A DNA stretch of 64,000 nt from NCBI GenBank assembly GCA_050180235.1, contig JBFXEJ010000017.1, positions 4,595 to 68,594 of the forward strand, read 5' to 3'. Under the pieces are notes generated by a model that worked only from the letters and a program-made list of their open reading frames with translations, was not told the origin of the DNA and did not search any database. Position numbers and translations under genes: made by a program. This stretch comes from Desulfococcaceae bacterium (GTDB taxonomy: Bacteria > Desulfobacterota > Desulfobacteria > Desulfobacterales > Desulfococcaceae). Positions 1 through 8,736 of this stretch are shown piece after piece. Every line of letters begins with the position of its first letter. Position 1 is the first letter of the stretch.

Positions 1-23
1 CAGGAGCCATTCTCTTTGACCCT

Positions 24-91
24 CATTCCGGCATAAACCGGAATCCATTATTTTCAGACGGTTCCGGATACCGGCTTTCGCTGATATGACG
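24..91. repeat. REP-like family C unit (ccggataccggctttcgc..atgacg type)
   Basis: cattccggcataaaccggaatcc...ggttccggataccggctttcgctgatatgacg. Confidence 0.7.
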
Positions 92-183
92 AAAGAGCGT
101 AACATCAGTTGGTTATGTTTTGTATCCTGTCTCACAGGGAAAAGTCTGCTGTTTTTTTGGATCTGAATACCGGGGACATAAAA

Positions 184-1704
184 ATGAAAATATCTCTGAT
201 GCTGTGTCTGATGCTGATGATTTCTCCGGTCTGCACAGTTTTTTCTTTTGATCCGGCTTCCGTAAAAACAGCAAAAATCACAGTTCCGGATCGGGAAGGA
301 CTGATGCGGCTGATTAATATGGGCGCGGATGTTGACAGTGTCCGTGGCAATACCGTCATCGTATATGCTTCAGAGCAACTGCTGGGGGAAATTGCCGCAC
401 TTGGCTATGAAATCAGTATTATACCTGATTTTTTTCCAAATGTTCAGGACAGGGCAGGAACTTATCACTCTTATGAGGAACTGGGAGATGAACTTGATGA
501 TATTGCAGAAAATTATCCCCTTATCTGCCGTATCTTCAGCATTGGGCAGTCTTTTCAGAAACGGGAACTTTGGGTGATGAAAATCACGGATTCGCCGGAT
601 GCGGAAGAGGATGAACCGGAAATCACATTTATTTCTTCCATGCACGGAGATGAACCGGTCGGAATGGAACTGTGCATGAATCTGATTCATCTGCTTGCGG
701 GAAATTATGGAAGCGATCCGGAACTGACTGATCTGGTAAATGAAACTGAAATATGGATTATGCCACTTATGAATCCTGACGGATATGCAATGAAAACCCG
801 TTACAACGCCCAGGGATTTGATCTTAACCGCAGTTTTCCGGATCGGGTTAAAGATCCCTTTGTCTCTTTTGAAGCCCGTCCTGCTGAAACCCGGCACATC
901 ATGAACTGGGCAATGGCAAATTCCCCTGTGCTTTCAGCTTCTTTTCACACAGGAGCGCTGGTGGTCAATTATCCTTTTGACTCTGACCCGAATCCCGGTG
1001 CTTTATATTCCGCTTCGCCGGATGATGAACTCTTTATTGAACAGTCCCTTACGTATTCCTTTCTGAATAAACCCATGTATGACAGTACCGAGTTTGCGCG
1101 CGGAATTGTAAACGGCGTTGAATGGTATCAGGTCTACGGTGGAATGCAGGACTGGCATTATCTCCGGCTGGGATGCAATCAGCTTACCATTGAGCTTTCA
1201 GATGATAAATGGCCTCTATATTCTGAGATACCGGACCTGTGGGAAGACAACCGCTCTGCAATGCTCGCTTATATGCAGTGGAGTCTGAGGGGAATAAGGG
1301 GAATTGTAACGGACAGCATAAGCGGGGAACCGCTGAAAGCCGCAATCCGGGTTGAAGGGATTGATCATGATGTTTTTACCGATCCGGATGCCGGGGATTA
1401 TCACCGGATGCTTGTGCCCGGAACATACAGTATTCAGGTATCAGCCACAGGATATATGGAACGCACGGTCTGCGGTATTGAGGTGGGTTCCGGAAAGGCA
1501 GCACGCGAAGATATTGCCCTGATCCCCAAAAATGCAGGGGATGTGAACGGATATGAAGAAACTGATCTGACTGATGCCATTCTGATTTTGCAAATGCTCA
1601 CAGGCACAAATACAGAAACTGTGAAAACCGCAGTTGATCCGGACAAAGACGGGAAAACCGGTCTGCCGGAAGCCATTTTTATACTCAGACTTTGTGCCTT
1701 CTGA
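184..1704 (+). CDS. secreted M14-family zinc carboxypeptidase with C-terminal dockerin-like repeats
   Basis: ORF 109..1704. ATG at 184 gives signal peptide MKISLMLCLMLMISPVCTVFS. M14 signatures SSMHGDEPVG and NPDGY; carboxypeptidase-regulatory-like segment GIVTDSISGEPL...YSIQVSATGY. Tail DVNGYEETDLTDAILILQMLTG / DPDKDGKTGLPEAIFIL. Confidence 0.85.
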   Translation: MKISLMLCLMLMISPVCTVFSFDPASVKTAKITVPDREGLMRLINMGADVDSVRGNTVIVYASEQLLGEIAALGYEISIIPDFFPNVQDRAGTYHSYEELGDELDDIAENYPLICRIFSIGQSFQKRELWVMKITDSPDAEEDEPEITFISSMHGDEPVGMELCMNLIHLLAGNYGSDPELTDLVNETEIWIMPLMNPDGYAMKTRYNAQGFDLNRSFPDRVKDPFVSFEARPAETRHIMNWAMANSPVLSASFHTGALVVNYPFDSDPNPGALYSASPDDELFIEQSLTYSFLNKPMYDSTEFARGIVNGVEWYQVYGGMQDWHYLRLGCNQLTIELSDDKWPLYSEIPDLWEDNRSAMLAYMQWSLRGIRGIVTDSISGEPLKAAIRVEGIDHDVFTDPDAGDYHRMLVPGTYSIQVSATGYMERTVCGIEVGSGKAAREDIALIPKNAGDVNGYEETDLTDAILILQMLTGTNTETVKTAVDPDKDGKTGLPEAIFILRLCAF

Positions 1705-1923
1705 TTCTTTATGCTTGAAAAAAAAATAATGCCGTACTATAGATTTCAGGAAAATGTTTGTCAAAAAAACATTAGGGTTTTCCCATAATCAATGCTCAGA
1801 GTCTGTAACAAATAACCTTTACAATTTTCTGTCCGAAAACCATTAGGGTTTGCAGCAGCTTATTCTGATACAGACCCTAAGGCACAAAGAGACACAAATT
1901 TTTTTTGTATTCTTGGCAGATTT

Positions 1924-2028
1924 AAGGTGAGTTCTGAAAATAAATATCCCATTTCAGTTCACATGCACAGGGCAAAAGCTGGAAGCTTTTGATACTTTGC
2001 TGGTATATTTTTTTCTGGAAATCACCTA
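1924..2028. repeat. family D MITE-like element (TIR AAGGTGA.../...TCACCTAA)
   Basis: Homologous to 38545..38644 and, in inverted orientation, to 47244..47343 (ctgaaaataaatatccc.tttcagttcaca). Confidence 0.75.
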
Positions 2029-2073
2029 ACCGTCATGAAATTTTTTTGCTGAAATATTTTTCAGATTTCATAT

Positions 2074-2145
2074 TAGACCTCTTGCAAAACTGGGAGTTGC
2101 ACCTTTGATTTTATTGGATTAAAATTGACTTTTGCAAGAGGTCTA
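2074..2145. repeat. 16-bp perfect inverted repeat with 40-nt spacer
   Basis: tagacctcttgcaaaa (2074..2089) and ttttgcaagaggtcta (2130..2145), about 140 nt upstream of the MFS gene. Confidence 0.8.
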
Positions 2146-2287
2146 TTACATTTTTTCAGATTTTAAGCAGGTCAGCATAAATTTTCGGATATAAAGTTTT
2201 CAGAAAAATCCGGTTTTCCGGAAAAACCGGATTTTCTGAATGCACGAAAAATTTCGTTTGCCTGCTTATATAAGGTTTAACTATCAG

Positions 2288-3454
2288 ATGACAAAAGAAA
2301 ATGACCGGATCAATGTCCGTGTGCTTTTTGCTCTTACCCTGGTTCACTTCACAGGCGATTTTTACAGTTCCTTCACAGCACCGCTTTTTCCCCTGTTTGT
2401 GGAAAAAATGGGACTTTCCCTGACACAGGTGGGAATCATTGCAGGATTCAGCCGTTTTCTGGCTTTTATTGTGCAGCCTCCGGTGGGCTACCTGGCTGAC
2501 CGGTACCGGACAAGGGCCTTTATTCTTACCGGTATGCTTATGCCTGTGATTTTTGTGCCTCTGTCCGGCATTTCCACAGGATTTTGGACACTGCTCCTGG
2601 CCACTGCGCTGGGTTCTTTCGGCTCTTCCATGTTTCATCCCTCTGTCACAGGAATGGTTCCGGTATATTCCGGCCATCGGGCAGGATTTGCCATGTCTGT
2701 GTTCAATACGGGCGGAACATTTGCCTTTGGTGTCGGCCCGCTTTTTATAACATGGTATGCAGCCCGTTTCGGGCTGGATGCACTTCCGTTCACCATGATT
2801 TTCGGAATGATTGTGTTTGTGTGGATATTCGCGATTCTCCCGCGTCCTGCCAGCGAGGGACTGCGCAGCCTGGGATTTATCGGTTCTGTCAAAGAAAGTC
2901 TGGGCAGTGCGTGGAAAATTGTTGCACTGATATGGGTGGTGATGTTTCTGCGTGCAGTGGTTGGGCAGTCCTTTCTGACTTTCATGCCGGTGCTGTATGT
3001 GCAGAAAGGATATTCCGTTGTTTCAGCAGGTGTGATTTTTTCCCTGTTCACAGTGGCCGGAACCGTCAGCGGGATCACAGCGGGTCATGTATCTGACAGG
3101 ATTGGATTTAAACCGGTTTTTATCTGCTCCCATCTTCTTATGACACCCATGCTGCTGGGGTTTCTGCATTGCACAGGAAACTGGGTTTACCTGGGATCAA
3201 TACTGGCCGGCGGAGCGGTGCTGGCCTCTCTTCCCCTGGGAGTTGTCATGGCCCAGAAAATTGCACCCAAAGGCAGATCCATGGTGGCCAGTCTGATGAT
3301 GGGATTTGCCTATGGACTGGGCGGAATGATTTCACCTCTGGTGGGCAAACTCTCAGATATTTATTCCATCCATACTGTGCTGAGCATTATATCCCTGATT
3401 CCACTGCTGACCCTGGTGCTGATTTGGCGTTTTCCCAACGTGAAAAATGACTGA
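2288..3454 (+). CDS. MFS transporter
   Basis: ORF 2240..3454 with about 12 hydrophobic segments and MFS loop motif GYLADRYRTR. Start at ATG 2288 (MTKEND) preferred but uncertain. Confidence 0.8.
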   Translation: MTKENDRINVRVLFALTLVHFTGDFYSSFTAPLFPLFVEKMGLSLTQVGIIAGFSRFLAFIVQPPVGYLADRYRTRAFILTGMLMPVIFVPLSGISTGFWTLLLATALGSFGSSMFHPSVTGMVPVYSGHRAGFAMSVFNTGGTFAFGVGPLFITWYAARFGLDALPFTMIFGMIVFVWIFAILPRPASEGLRSLGFIGSVKESLGSAWKIVALIWVVMFLRAVVGQSFLTFMPVLYVQKGYSVVSAGVIFSLFTVAGTVSGITAGHVSDRIGFKPVFICSHLLMTPMLLGFLHCTGNWVYLGSILAGGAVLASLPLGVVMAQKIAPKGRSMVASLMMGFAYGLGGMISPLVGKLSDIYSIHTVLSIISLIPLLTLVLIWRFPNVKND

Positions 3455-3520
3455 TTTCCAATATGGATTGCAAGGGGATTTGATGGAATCCTTTCAGAAA
3501 CCGTTAGTCACCCTGCTGCA

Positions 3521-3596
3521 CTGTCATACTGGCATAAGCCTGAATCCAGTGGATTCAACCTGTTCTGAATACCGGCTTTCGCCTGTATGATAACAG
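3521..3596. repeat. REP-like family C unit
   Basis: ctgtcatactggcataagcctgaatcc...gaataccggctttcgcctgtatgataac. Confidence 0.65.
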
Positions 3597-3602
3597 AGTG
3601 TA

Positions 3603-3703
3603 ATACCAGTTCTCCATTGACCTGATCCAATATTGCCGGTTTTTCCGCTGTTTTGTATGTGCAAAAAACCGCTCTGCCCAATTTTTGCACTCCTCCGGAT
3701 CAG
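3603..3703. repeat. family B element, partial (left TIR plus gtgcaaaaaaccgc...tttttgcactcctccggatcag cargo)
   Basis: ataccagttctccattga followed by the same cargo module seen at 26307..26458 and 63543..63655. Abuts the ABC gene stop. Confidence 0.6.
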
Positions 3704-3717
3704 GTGCAAGCCTCCTG

Positions 3718-5499
3718 TCATTCCCCGCTGAGTTCCTCTTCAATTTCCTGCAGACGCCAGGTGCGCGCGTAATAACCGTTGCCAGCCAGCAGTTGTGCAT
3801 GTGTGCCGGATTCTGTGATGCGTCCGTCCGTGAGCGTGATGATCCGATCTGCAAAGCGCAGGGCAGACAGACGGTGTGAAACAATGATTACAGTCCTCAG
3901 TTGAGCGGGGTTCCGGCAGATTTCCCTTATGGTCTGAATAATTGCAGTTCCGGTTTCCGCATCCACCTGACTGATGGGATCGTCCAGAATCAGTATGGGC
4001 GCGTTTCTAAGCAGAGCTCGGGCCAGCGCGATCCTCTGTTTCTGTCCTCCGGACAGAATCACCCCTTTTTCTCCCACAATGGTTTCCAGTCCCTGGGGAA
4101 AATCAGCTATGGTATTTTCCAGAGCAGCTTTGCGCACTGCTTCCCTCAACTGCTCTTCACTGACATCAGGACTGCCGAATGTGATATTTTCCCGGATGGT
4201 TCCGGAAAAAAGAAAGGGTTCCTGGGGCACAAAGGAAATCAGTCCGCGCAGGTCAGAAAGAAATATTTTGCGAATATCCATCCCGTCCAAACTGATGCTT
4301 CCCTGCGAAACATCGTAAATCCGGGGAATCAGTTGCAGCAGAGTGCTTTTGCCGCTTCCGGGCGGCCCCACAATGCCAAGCGTGTTTCCCTTTTCCACCC
4401 GGAAACTGATATTGTCCAGCACCATCGGACTGCCGGATTTGGGATCAGCAGACTGGGGGGCATCATAGGAAAATCCAGCATTTTCCATGATGATTTCGCG
4501 TGTGAATTCCTTAAAGGAAACTGCATCCGGATGATCCTTTATGTCCGGCAGAGTCCGGATAATCAGGGCAACGCGCTCCAAAGATGCCTTTCCCCGCTGG
4601 ATCAGATTGATGACCCATCCCAGAGCCATCATGGGCCAGGTCAGCATTCCCAGATAGCTGATAAAAGCCACAAAATCACCGGGTGTAATCACAGCGAAAA
4701 TGGTTTCCCGTCCGCCCAGCCACAGGACAAGGGTAAGGCTGAGATTGGTGAAAAAAACCATCATGGGAAAAAACGAGCCGGTTGTGCGTGCCAGCCGCAG
4801 ATTCCGTGTCATATTTTCTCTGGAGATTTTTTCCACCACAGACACAGATTCTGCCTCCCGGTTATATGCTTTGACAATACGGATTCCGGCAAAGCGTTCC
4901 CGCACAATCTCAGTCAGATCCGAAAACGCTTCCTGCACCGACATATACGCACTGTGCATCTGTTTGCTGAAAAAACGGGTGCATAATGCAATCAAAGGCA
5001 TTGGAATAATGACAAAAAGGGTCAGTCGCAGATTGATATACATCATAAATCCGATGGTCATCATGCCCATTACAATGGAATCTGTGACAGCCACCAGACC
5101 CATACCTGCCGCCATACGGATCTGCTGCATATCATTGGTGGCATGGGCCATTATGTCACCGGTTTTCACACGGCTGAACCATGAATCCGGCAGAGTCTGC
5201 AGATGATCAAACAGCCGGTTGCGCAAACCTTCTTCCAGTTCACGGGACATGCCCATAAGATAATAGCGCCACATATACCGCAGCACAACCATGATGAGGG
5301 CCAGTCCCGTAATCCACAGCCCGTAGCGCAGCAGGGACGCGGAATCCGTGCGGAACGCGGTAAGATCGTCCACCGCGGCTTTGATAATGCGGGGAACAAT
5401 GAGTTGCAGCAGATCAACCAGAATCAGGGCCAGCAGGCCCAGAAAAATGCCGAAACGGTTGCTGACAAAATAAGGGCGGATCAGATCAAAAGGTTTCAT
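3718..5499 (-). CDS. ABC exporter, fused permease/ATPase (MsbA/multidrug type)
   Basis: 593 aa with an N-terminal 6-TM domain. Walker A GPPGSGKST, ABC signature LSGGQKQR, Walker B ILILDD. Confidence 0.9.
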   Translation of the reverse strand: MKPFDLIRPYFVSNRFGIFLGLLALILVDLLQLIVPRIIKAAVDDLTAFRTDSASLLRYGLWITGLALIMVVLRYMWRYYLMGMSRELEEGLRNRLFDHLQTLPDSWFSRVKTGDIMAHATNDMQQIRMAAGMGLVAVTDSIVMGMMTIGFMMYINLRLTLFVIIPMPLIALCTRFFSKQMHSAYMSVQEAFSDLTEIVRERFAGIRIVKAYNREAESVSVVEKISRENMTRNLRLARTTGSFFPMMVFFTNLSLTLVLWLGGRETIFAVITPGDFVAFISYLGMLTWPMMALGWVINLIQRGKASLERVALIIRTLPDIKDHPDAVSFKEFTREIIMENAGFSYDAPQSADPKSGSPMVLDNISFRVEKGNTLGIVGPPGSGKSTLLQLIPRIYDVSQGSISLDGMDIRKIFLSDLRGLISFVPQEPFLFSGTIRENITFGSPDVSEEQLREAVRKAALENTIADFPQGLETIVGEKGVILSGGQKQRIALARALLRNAPILILDDPISQVDAETGTAIIQTIREICRNPAQLRTVIIVSHRLSALRFADRIITLTDGRITESGTHAQLLAGNGYYARTWRLQEIEEELSGE

Positions 5500-5688
5500 G
5501 GTTTATAAAAAAAATTAAATTTTTCCTGCAAATTCAGGGCAATTTGAACAAACTAGTGAATCATATGGCGGGCGGATAACGGTCTTTTCACACCCTGTCC
5601 ACTAAAAAATATAACGTACGGCTCACCATCTGTAGGAAGATTCCACAAAACTGGCTAAATGCCGATGCTTTTCTAAAAATTGAAAATT

Positions 5689-5735
5689 TCCAAATCAGCT
5701 CGGCCCCTGCAGTCTGGTGCAGCCGATTGTTCGGC
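5689..5735 (-). mobile_element. degenerate attC-like site (of the 155-aa-ORF cassette)
   Basis: Minus strand, 2 nt after the stop: GCCGAAC-AATCG-GCTGCA-CCAGAC-TGCAG.... R'' differs by 1 nt from the complement of the cassette start TTCAGC. No clear R' box. Confidence 0.4.
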
Positions 5736-5737
5736 AA

Positions 5738-6205
5738 CTATGCTATTGCAGGTTCGACAAATGCATAAGTTACTGGCTTATGTGAAGCAAGACCGTTTTC
5801 AGCCATCCATTCGTGAAACGATTCCAAATCGATACCTTCCGGTTCCGTCCAAGTGTCTTCTCGAAGGAAGTGCCAAACATACTCGCGAATGAATCCCTCA
5901 TTTCGTATGCGAACGAGGGAATGAAGATAGTCGTCTGTAATGACCAAATCATCTGGATAAGTGGCCCAAAATTCTGCCAGAGCATCTCGAGCAAAGCACT
6001 CCTCATCAAATGATGATGGTTGACCGATTCTCTCAGGATGCATTTCAAAGTATTCACCGGTGCGTACCAGGACTTTCGTTCCGGCATAAGTCGTCCACGC
6101 TGCAGCAGTTTCAACACCGGTTTGAGCTCCAGGGTGCAAGTTGATTGTCCACTCTGGTTTTTTACGCTTTCTTTTAAACAGCCATCTGAACATTCGAAAC
6201 CTCAT
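5738..6205 (-). CDS. hypothetical protein, integron-cassette borne
   Basis: 155-aa ORF. Its ATG lies exactly 2 nt after the attC core GTTCAGC (6214..6208). No recognisable domain. Confidence 0.5.
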   Translation of the reverse strand: MRFRMFRWLFKRKRKKPEWTINLHPGAQTGVETAAAWTTYAGTKVLVRTGEYFEMHPERIGQPSSFDEECFARDALAEFWATYPDDLVITDDYLHSLVRIRNEGFIREYVWHFLREDTWTEPEGIDLESFHEWMAENGLASHKPVTYAFVEPAIA

Positions 6206-6207
6206 TT

Positions 6208-6293
6208 GCTGAACAATGAGTTAAGCGGCTCAAAGGGTGGAGCGACCGCAGGGAGCGGAACCCTTTGAGTCCGCTTGAGCGCCGGGTTAGCCC
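6208..6293 (-). mobile_element. integron attC recombination site (of the 390-aa-ORF cassette)
   Basis: Minus strand: GGCTAAC-CCGGC-GCTCAAGCGG...CCGCTTAAC-TCATT-GTTCAGC, giving R''-5nt-L''...L'-5nt-R' with an extrahelical base in L'' (GCT-C-AAGCGG vs GTTAAGCGG). R'' GGCTAA is the exact complement of the cassette-start TTAGCC at 7661..7656. Confidence 0.75.
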
Positions 6294-6480
6294 TTTTTCT
6301 GTATCTTTGTGGTTGATAAGCACTGTTTTATATTATCGGATAATTGGTTATAAAATCAAACCTTTGCTTATATTTTTTGATAAATTTTATTCCTTATTAT
6401 AAAAAATTGCCATTAAATTCAATATCCAATCTGTGATTTTTACTTTTGTTTCTCTTTTGCGTACATTATCTAAGAATTTA

Positions 6481-7653
6481 CTATTGTGTCCTCGGAATTT
6501 GTTCACGGAATTCCATGTGAAAAGTTGACTCAAAGTAGGACAGGACTTTTTCCCATTGTTCGAATGGGGCGGTCAGTGTGAATATTATCTCTATCGGCCA
6601 TTCGCCCGAGTCTGAGATGTAAAAAACCACTTTTCTTTCTGGCCAACCGCATTCCGAATTCTCCTTTATGATTTTATCAACACGATAGAACATCTCGGTT
6701 TTGTAAAGGTTCGGCTGAGGATCATTAAAGTGGTAGTTCAGTAATTGATCTCGAGTTCTTAGAAATCCGGTCCGTCCGTGCCAACACCGACCATAATTAA
6801 GATTCAAGAGCAAATTTCCCTTGGGGATTTCTTGCTTGGTATCGATATCAGAAGTTGCCTCAGCTTTAAATGTATAATAATCTGTATGAAGCGATTCCTC
6901 CCAACTATCGAATTCCGGCAGGTCAAATTTGATTTTAAGACTTGTTCCCGGAATCAGTATCCCCAGATTGCTGGGAGCTTCTTCTGGGATGCGGTTTGGA
7001 TCCGGCTGCTCTTCACCCGTCATGAGATCAAGAAGCCACCAGCCATCATTTCGCCAAAACTTCATTAAATAGCTATGCGGCACGAGAGTGAAACTGGCAG
7101 CACTGCCTGAAGCTTCAATATTATATTGGCGGTATATTTTTTCATACGAAAATACAAAAACTGTGTATTGATAAATCGGAAAGTTATGCGGACGCCCTGG
7201 AATAATTTCCTCGCGATAAACAGAGTCAAAGTGTTGGATGGCAACCCATAAGTCTGAGTTATCAATAGGATAGGCATGACTTATTGCATCGGAAATTAAG
7301 TCCGTATTGGAACGAAGGAACTTCATCTCAATTGGCTTACCGTTTCCATTTTGTATAAAGTAACGGAATTGATATCCAATTGGATAATTGTCCCTTGGCC
7401 CTTCCGGAGTTAAAAACAAATTTGCCCTTTTGATAATTTGTTGAACGAGAAGGCGTTGTTCTTTTTTTTGATTCTCGGCATGTCGTACAGACAGCACAAC
7501 GGGTTGTTCGATATCACTGCCCGTCCTGTAACCGACAGGGAAGGGCCCCATCCCTACACAACCATAAAAAGCGTACAGCGATAATCCTAACAGAATCACA
7601 TCTAAATTAGCTCTGTTGAGTTTCATATTAAATAAAGATCGTAAATTTTTCAT
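6481..7653 (-). CDS. hypothetical exported protein, integron-cassette borne
   Basis: 390-aa ORF with N-terminal hydrophobic segment LDVILLGLSLYAFYGC. Visibly more AT-rich than its neighbours. ATG lies 2 nt after core GTTAGCC (7662..7656). Confidence 0.6.
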   Translation of the reverse strand: MKNLRSLFNMKLNRANLDVILLGLSLYAFYGCVGMGPFPVGYRTGSDIEQPVVLSVRHAENQKKEQRLLVQQIIKRANLFLTPEGPRDNYPIGYQFRYFIQNGNGKPIEMKFLRSNTDLISDAISHAYPIDNSDLWVAIQHFDSVYREEIIPGRPHNFPIYQYTVFVFSYEKIYRQYNIEASGSAASFTLVPHSYLMKFWRNDGWWLLDLMTGEEQPDPNRIPEEAPSNLGILIPGTSLKIKFDLPEFDSWEESLHTDYYTFKAEATSDIDTKQEIPKGNLLLNLNYGRCWHGRTGFLRTRDQLLNYHFNDPQPNLYKTEMFYRVDKIIKENSECGWPERKVVFYISDSGEWPIEIIFTLTAPFEQWEKVLSYFESTFHMEFREQIPRTQ

Positions 7654-7839
7654 TTGGCTAACCAGTTATTATCCGGATCATGATAACATTCGATTCTGCA
7701 TATTATCATGATCTGTAAAAATTCATCCTGAGATTTTTACCATATCATACAATAGAGATCAACAGAATATGAGTATTCCAGATCATCAGATTCAACTTTG
7801 ATAATGCCGCAGAAGATCAAAAAATTCCATCACACTAAG

Positions 7840-7900
7840 GAAAGCCGGAGTTCAGAACCGTCAGAAAATGCTGAATTCCGGCTTTCGCCGGAATGACGGT
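7840..7900. repeat. REP-like family C unit
   Basis: aaagccggagttcagaacc...gaattccggctttcgccggaatgacgg. Confidence 0.65.
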
Positions 7901-7966
7901 CAGATCTAATAACTGCCTGATTTTTGGAAAGACTGCATAACATCACTTATAACTTATAAATGGATA

Positions 7967-8431
7967 TTATTTCTCTGACCTGTGATTTATCTGATTCACA
8001 GAATTCTGGTTCGACAGTTCGGAAAGGAGATCTCTGATGCTCCAAATCTTTACTCCATGACGTTCCATAGCCGAACGCAGTTCATCATCTGCCTGCAAAT
8101 CCTTATCCCCGGAAACGATGGCATCTGCCTGCCCGTCTGTCGCAGTTGCCAAAACCGGATGGTCTTTGGGATCACGGCATAAAGGCGGAACTGTTTGCAG
8201 ATTTACCATTTTTCCGCGCTGATACAACTGTTTCAGCAGAATTTCCGCATGATCCTGATTGATATATTTCTTCAGACGCGAACGCTGCCGGACTTCATCA
8301 AATTCATCAATAAGTGGCTGACTGACAATCACTATGAACTTGTTTTCCCTCCATGCCTGCAAAACAGGCAGTGCAGAACGTCCACCAGGCAATGCACTGA
8401 TCCATATATTTGTATCAACAACTGTTTTCAT
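7967..8431 (-). CDS. PIN-domain toxin (type II TA, PIN_3-like)
   Basis: MKTVVDTNIWISAL (conserved Asp) and ...ATDGQADAIVSGDKDL, typical of the PIN fold. A small upstream ORF is present. Confidence 0.8.
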   Translation of the reverse strand: MKTVVDTNIWISALPGGRSALPVLQAWRENKFIVIVSQPLIDEFDEVRQRSRLKKYINQDHAEILLKQLYQRGKMVNLQTVPPLCRDPKDHPVLATATDGQADAIVSGDKDLQADDELRSAMERHGVKIWSIRDLLSELSNQNSVNQINHRSEK

Positions 8432-8491
8432 TGCACTGCCGGTTGTCTGTGTTTTTGGCGGACAGCCTGTATTTCCTTTGCAATATCAGCA

Positions 8492-8686
8492 TCACTGATA
8501 TTTTTTTTCCTCAACAGCAGCCAACCGGACAATCAGATCATCGAGTTCAGCATCCAAATCTGTTTCAGCCAGAACCTTTGCCACCTGAATACGTGACGGT
8601 TTGTCCAGATCGCGGATGATCGCAAGCAACTGATCAAGGTTCAGGCTGACATTGGGAATTGTAATTTCTGCTGCCTGTATATTCAT
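8492..8686 (-). CDS. putative antitoxin partner of the PIN toxin (apparently truncated at an A8 tract)
   Basis: 64-aa ORF directly upstream of the PIN gene. It stops 60 nt before the toxin ATG, and the alternative frame after the A8 run reaches a TGA that overlaps that ATG. Confidence 0.5.
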   Translation of the reverse strand: MNIQAAEITIPNVSLNLDQLLAIIRDLDKPSRIQVAKVLAETDLDAELDDLIVRLAAVEEKKYQ

Positions 8687-8736
8687 TTTTCAGACTCCTT
8701 TGTATCATATTTGAGGGTGAATCAGATCAAAATGCT

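Noticed and set aside
7663-7966. Expected attI site, integrase or further attC upstream of the first cassette
   Set aside because: Only a 10-bp hairpin (atcatgataa/ttatcatgat) and a REP unit are present. There is no inverse core (RYYYAAC) and no tyrosine-recombinase ORF, so the array is reported as integrase-less.
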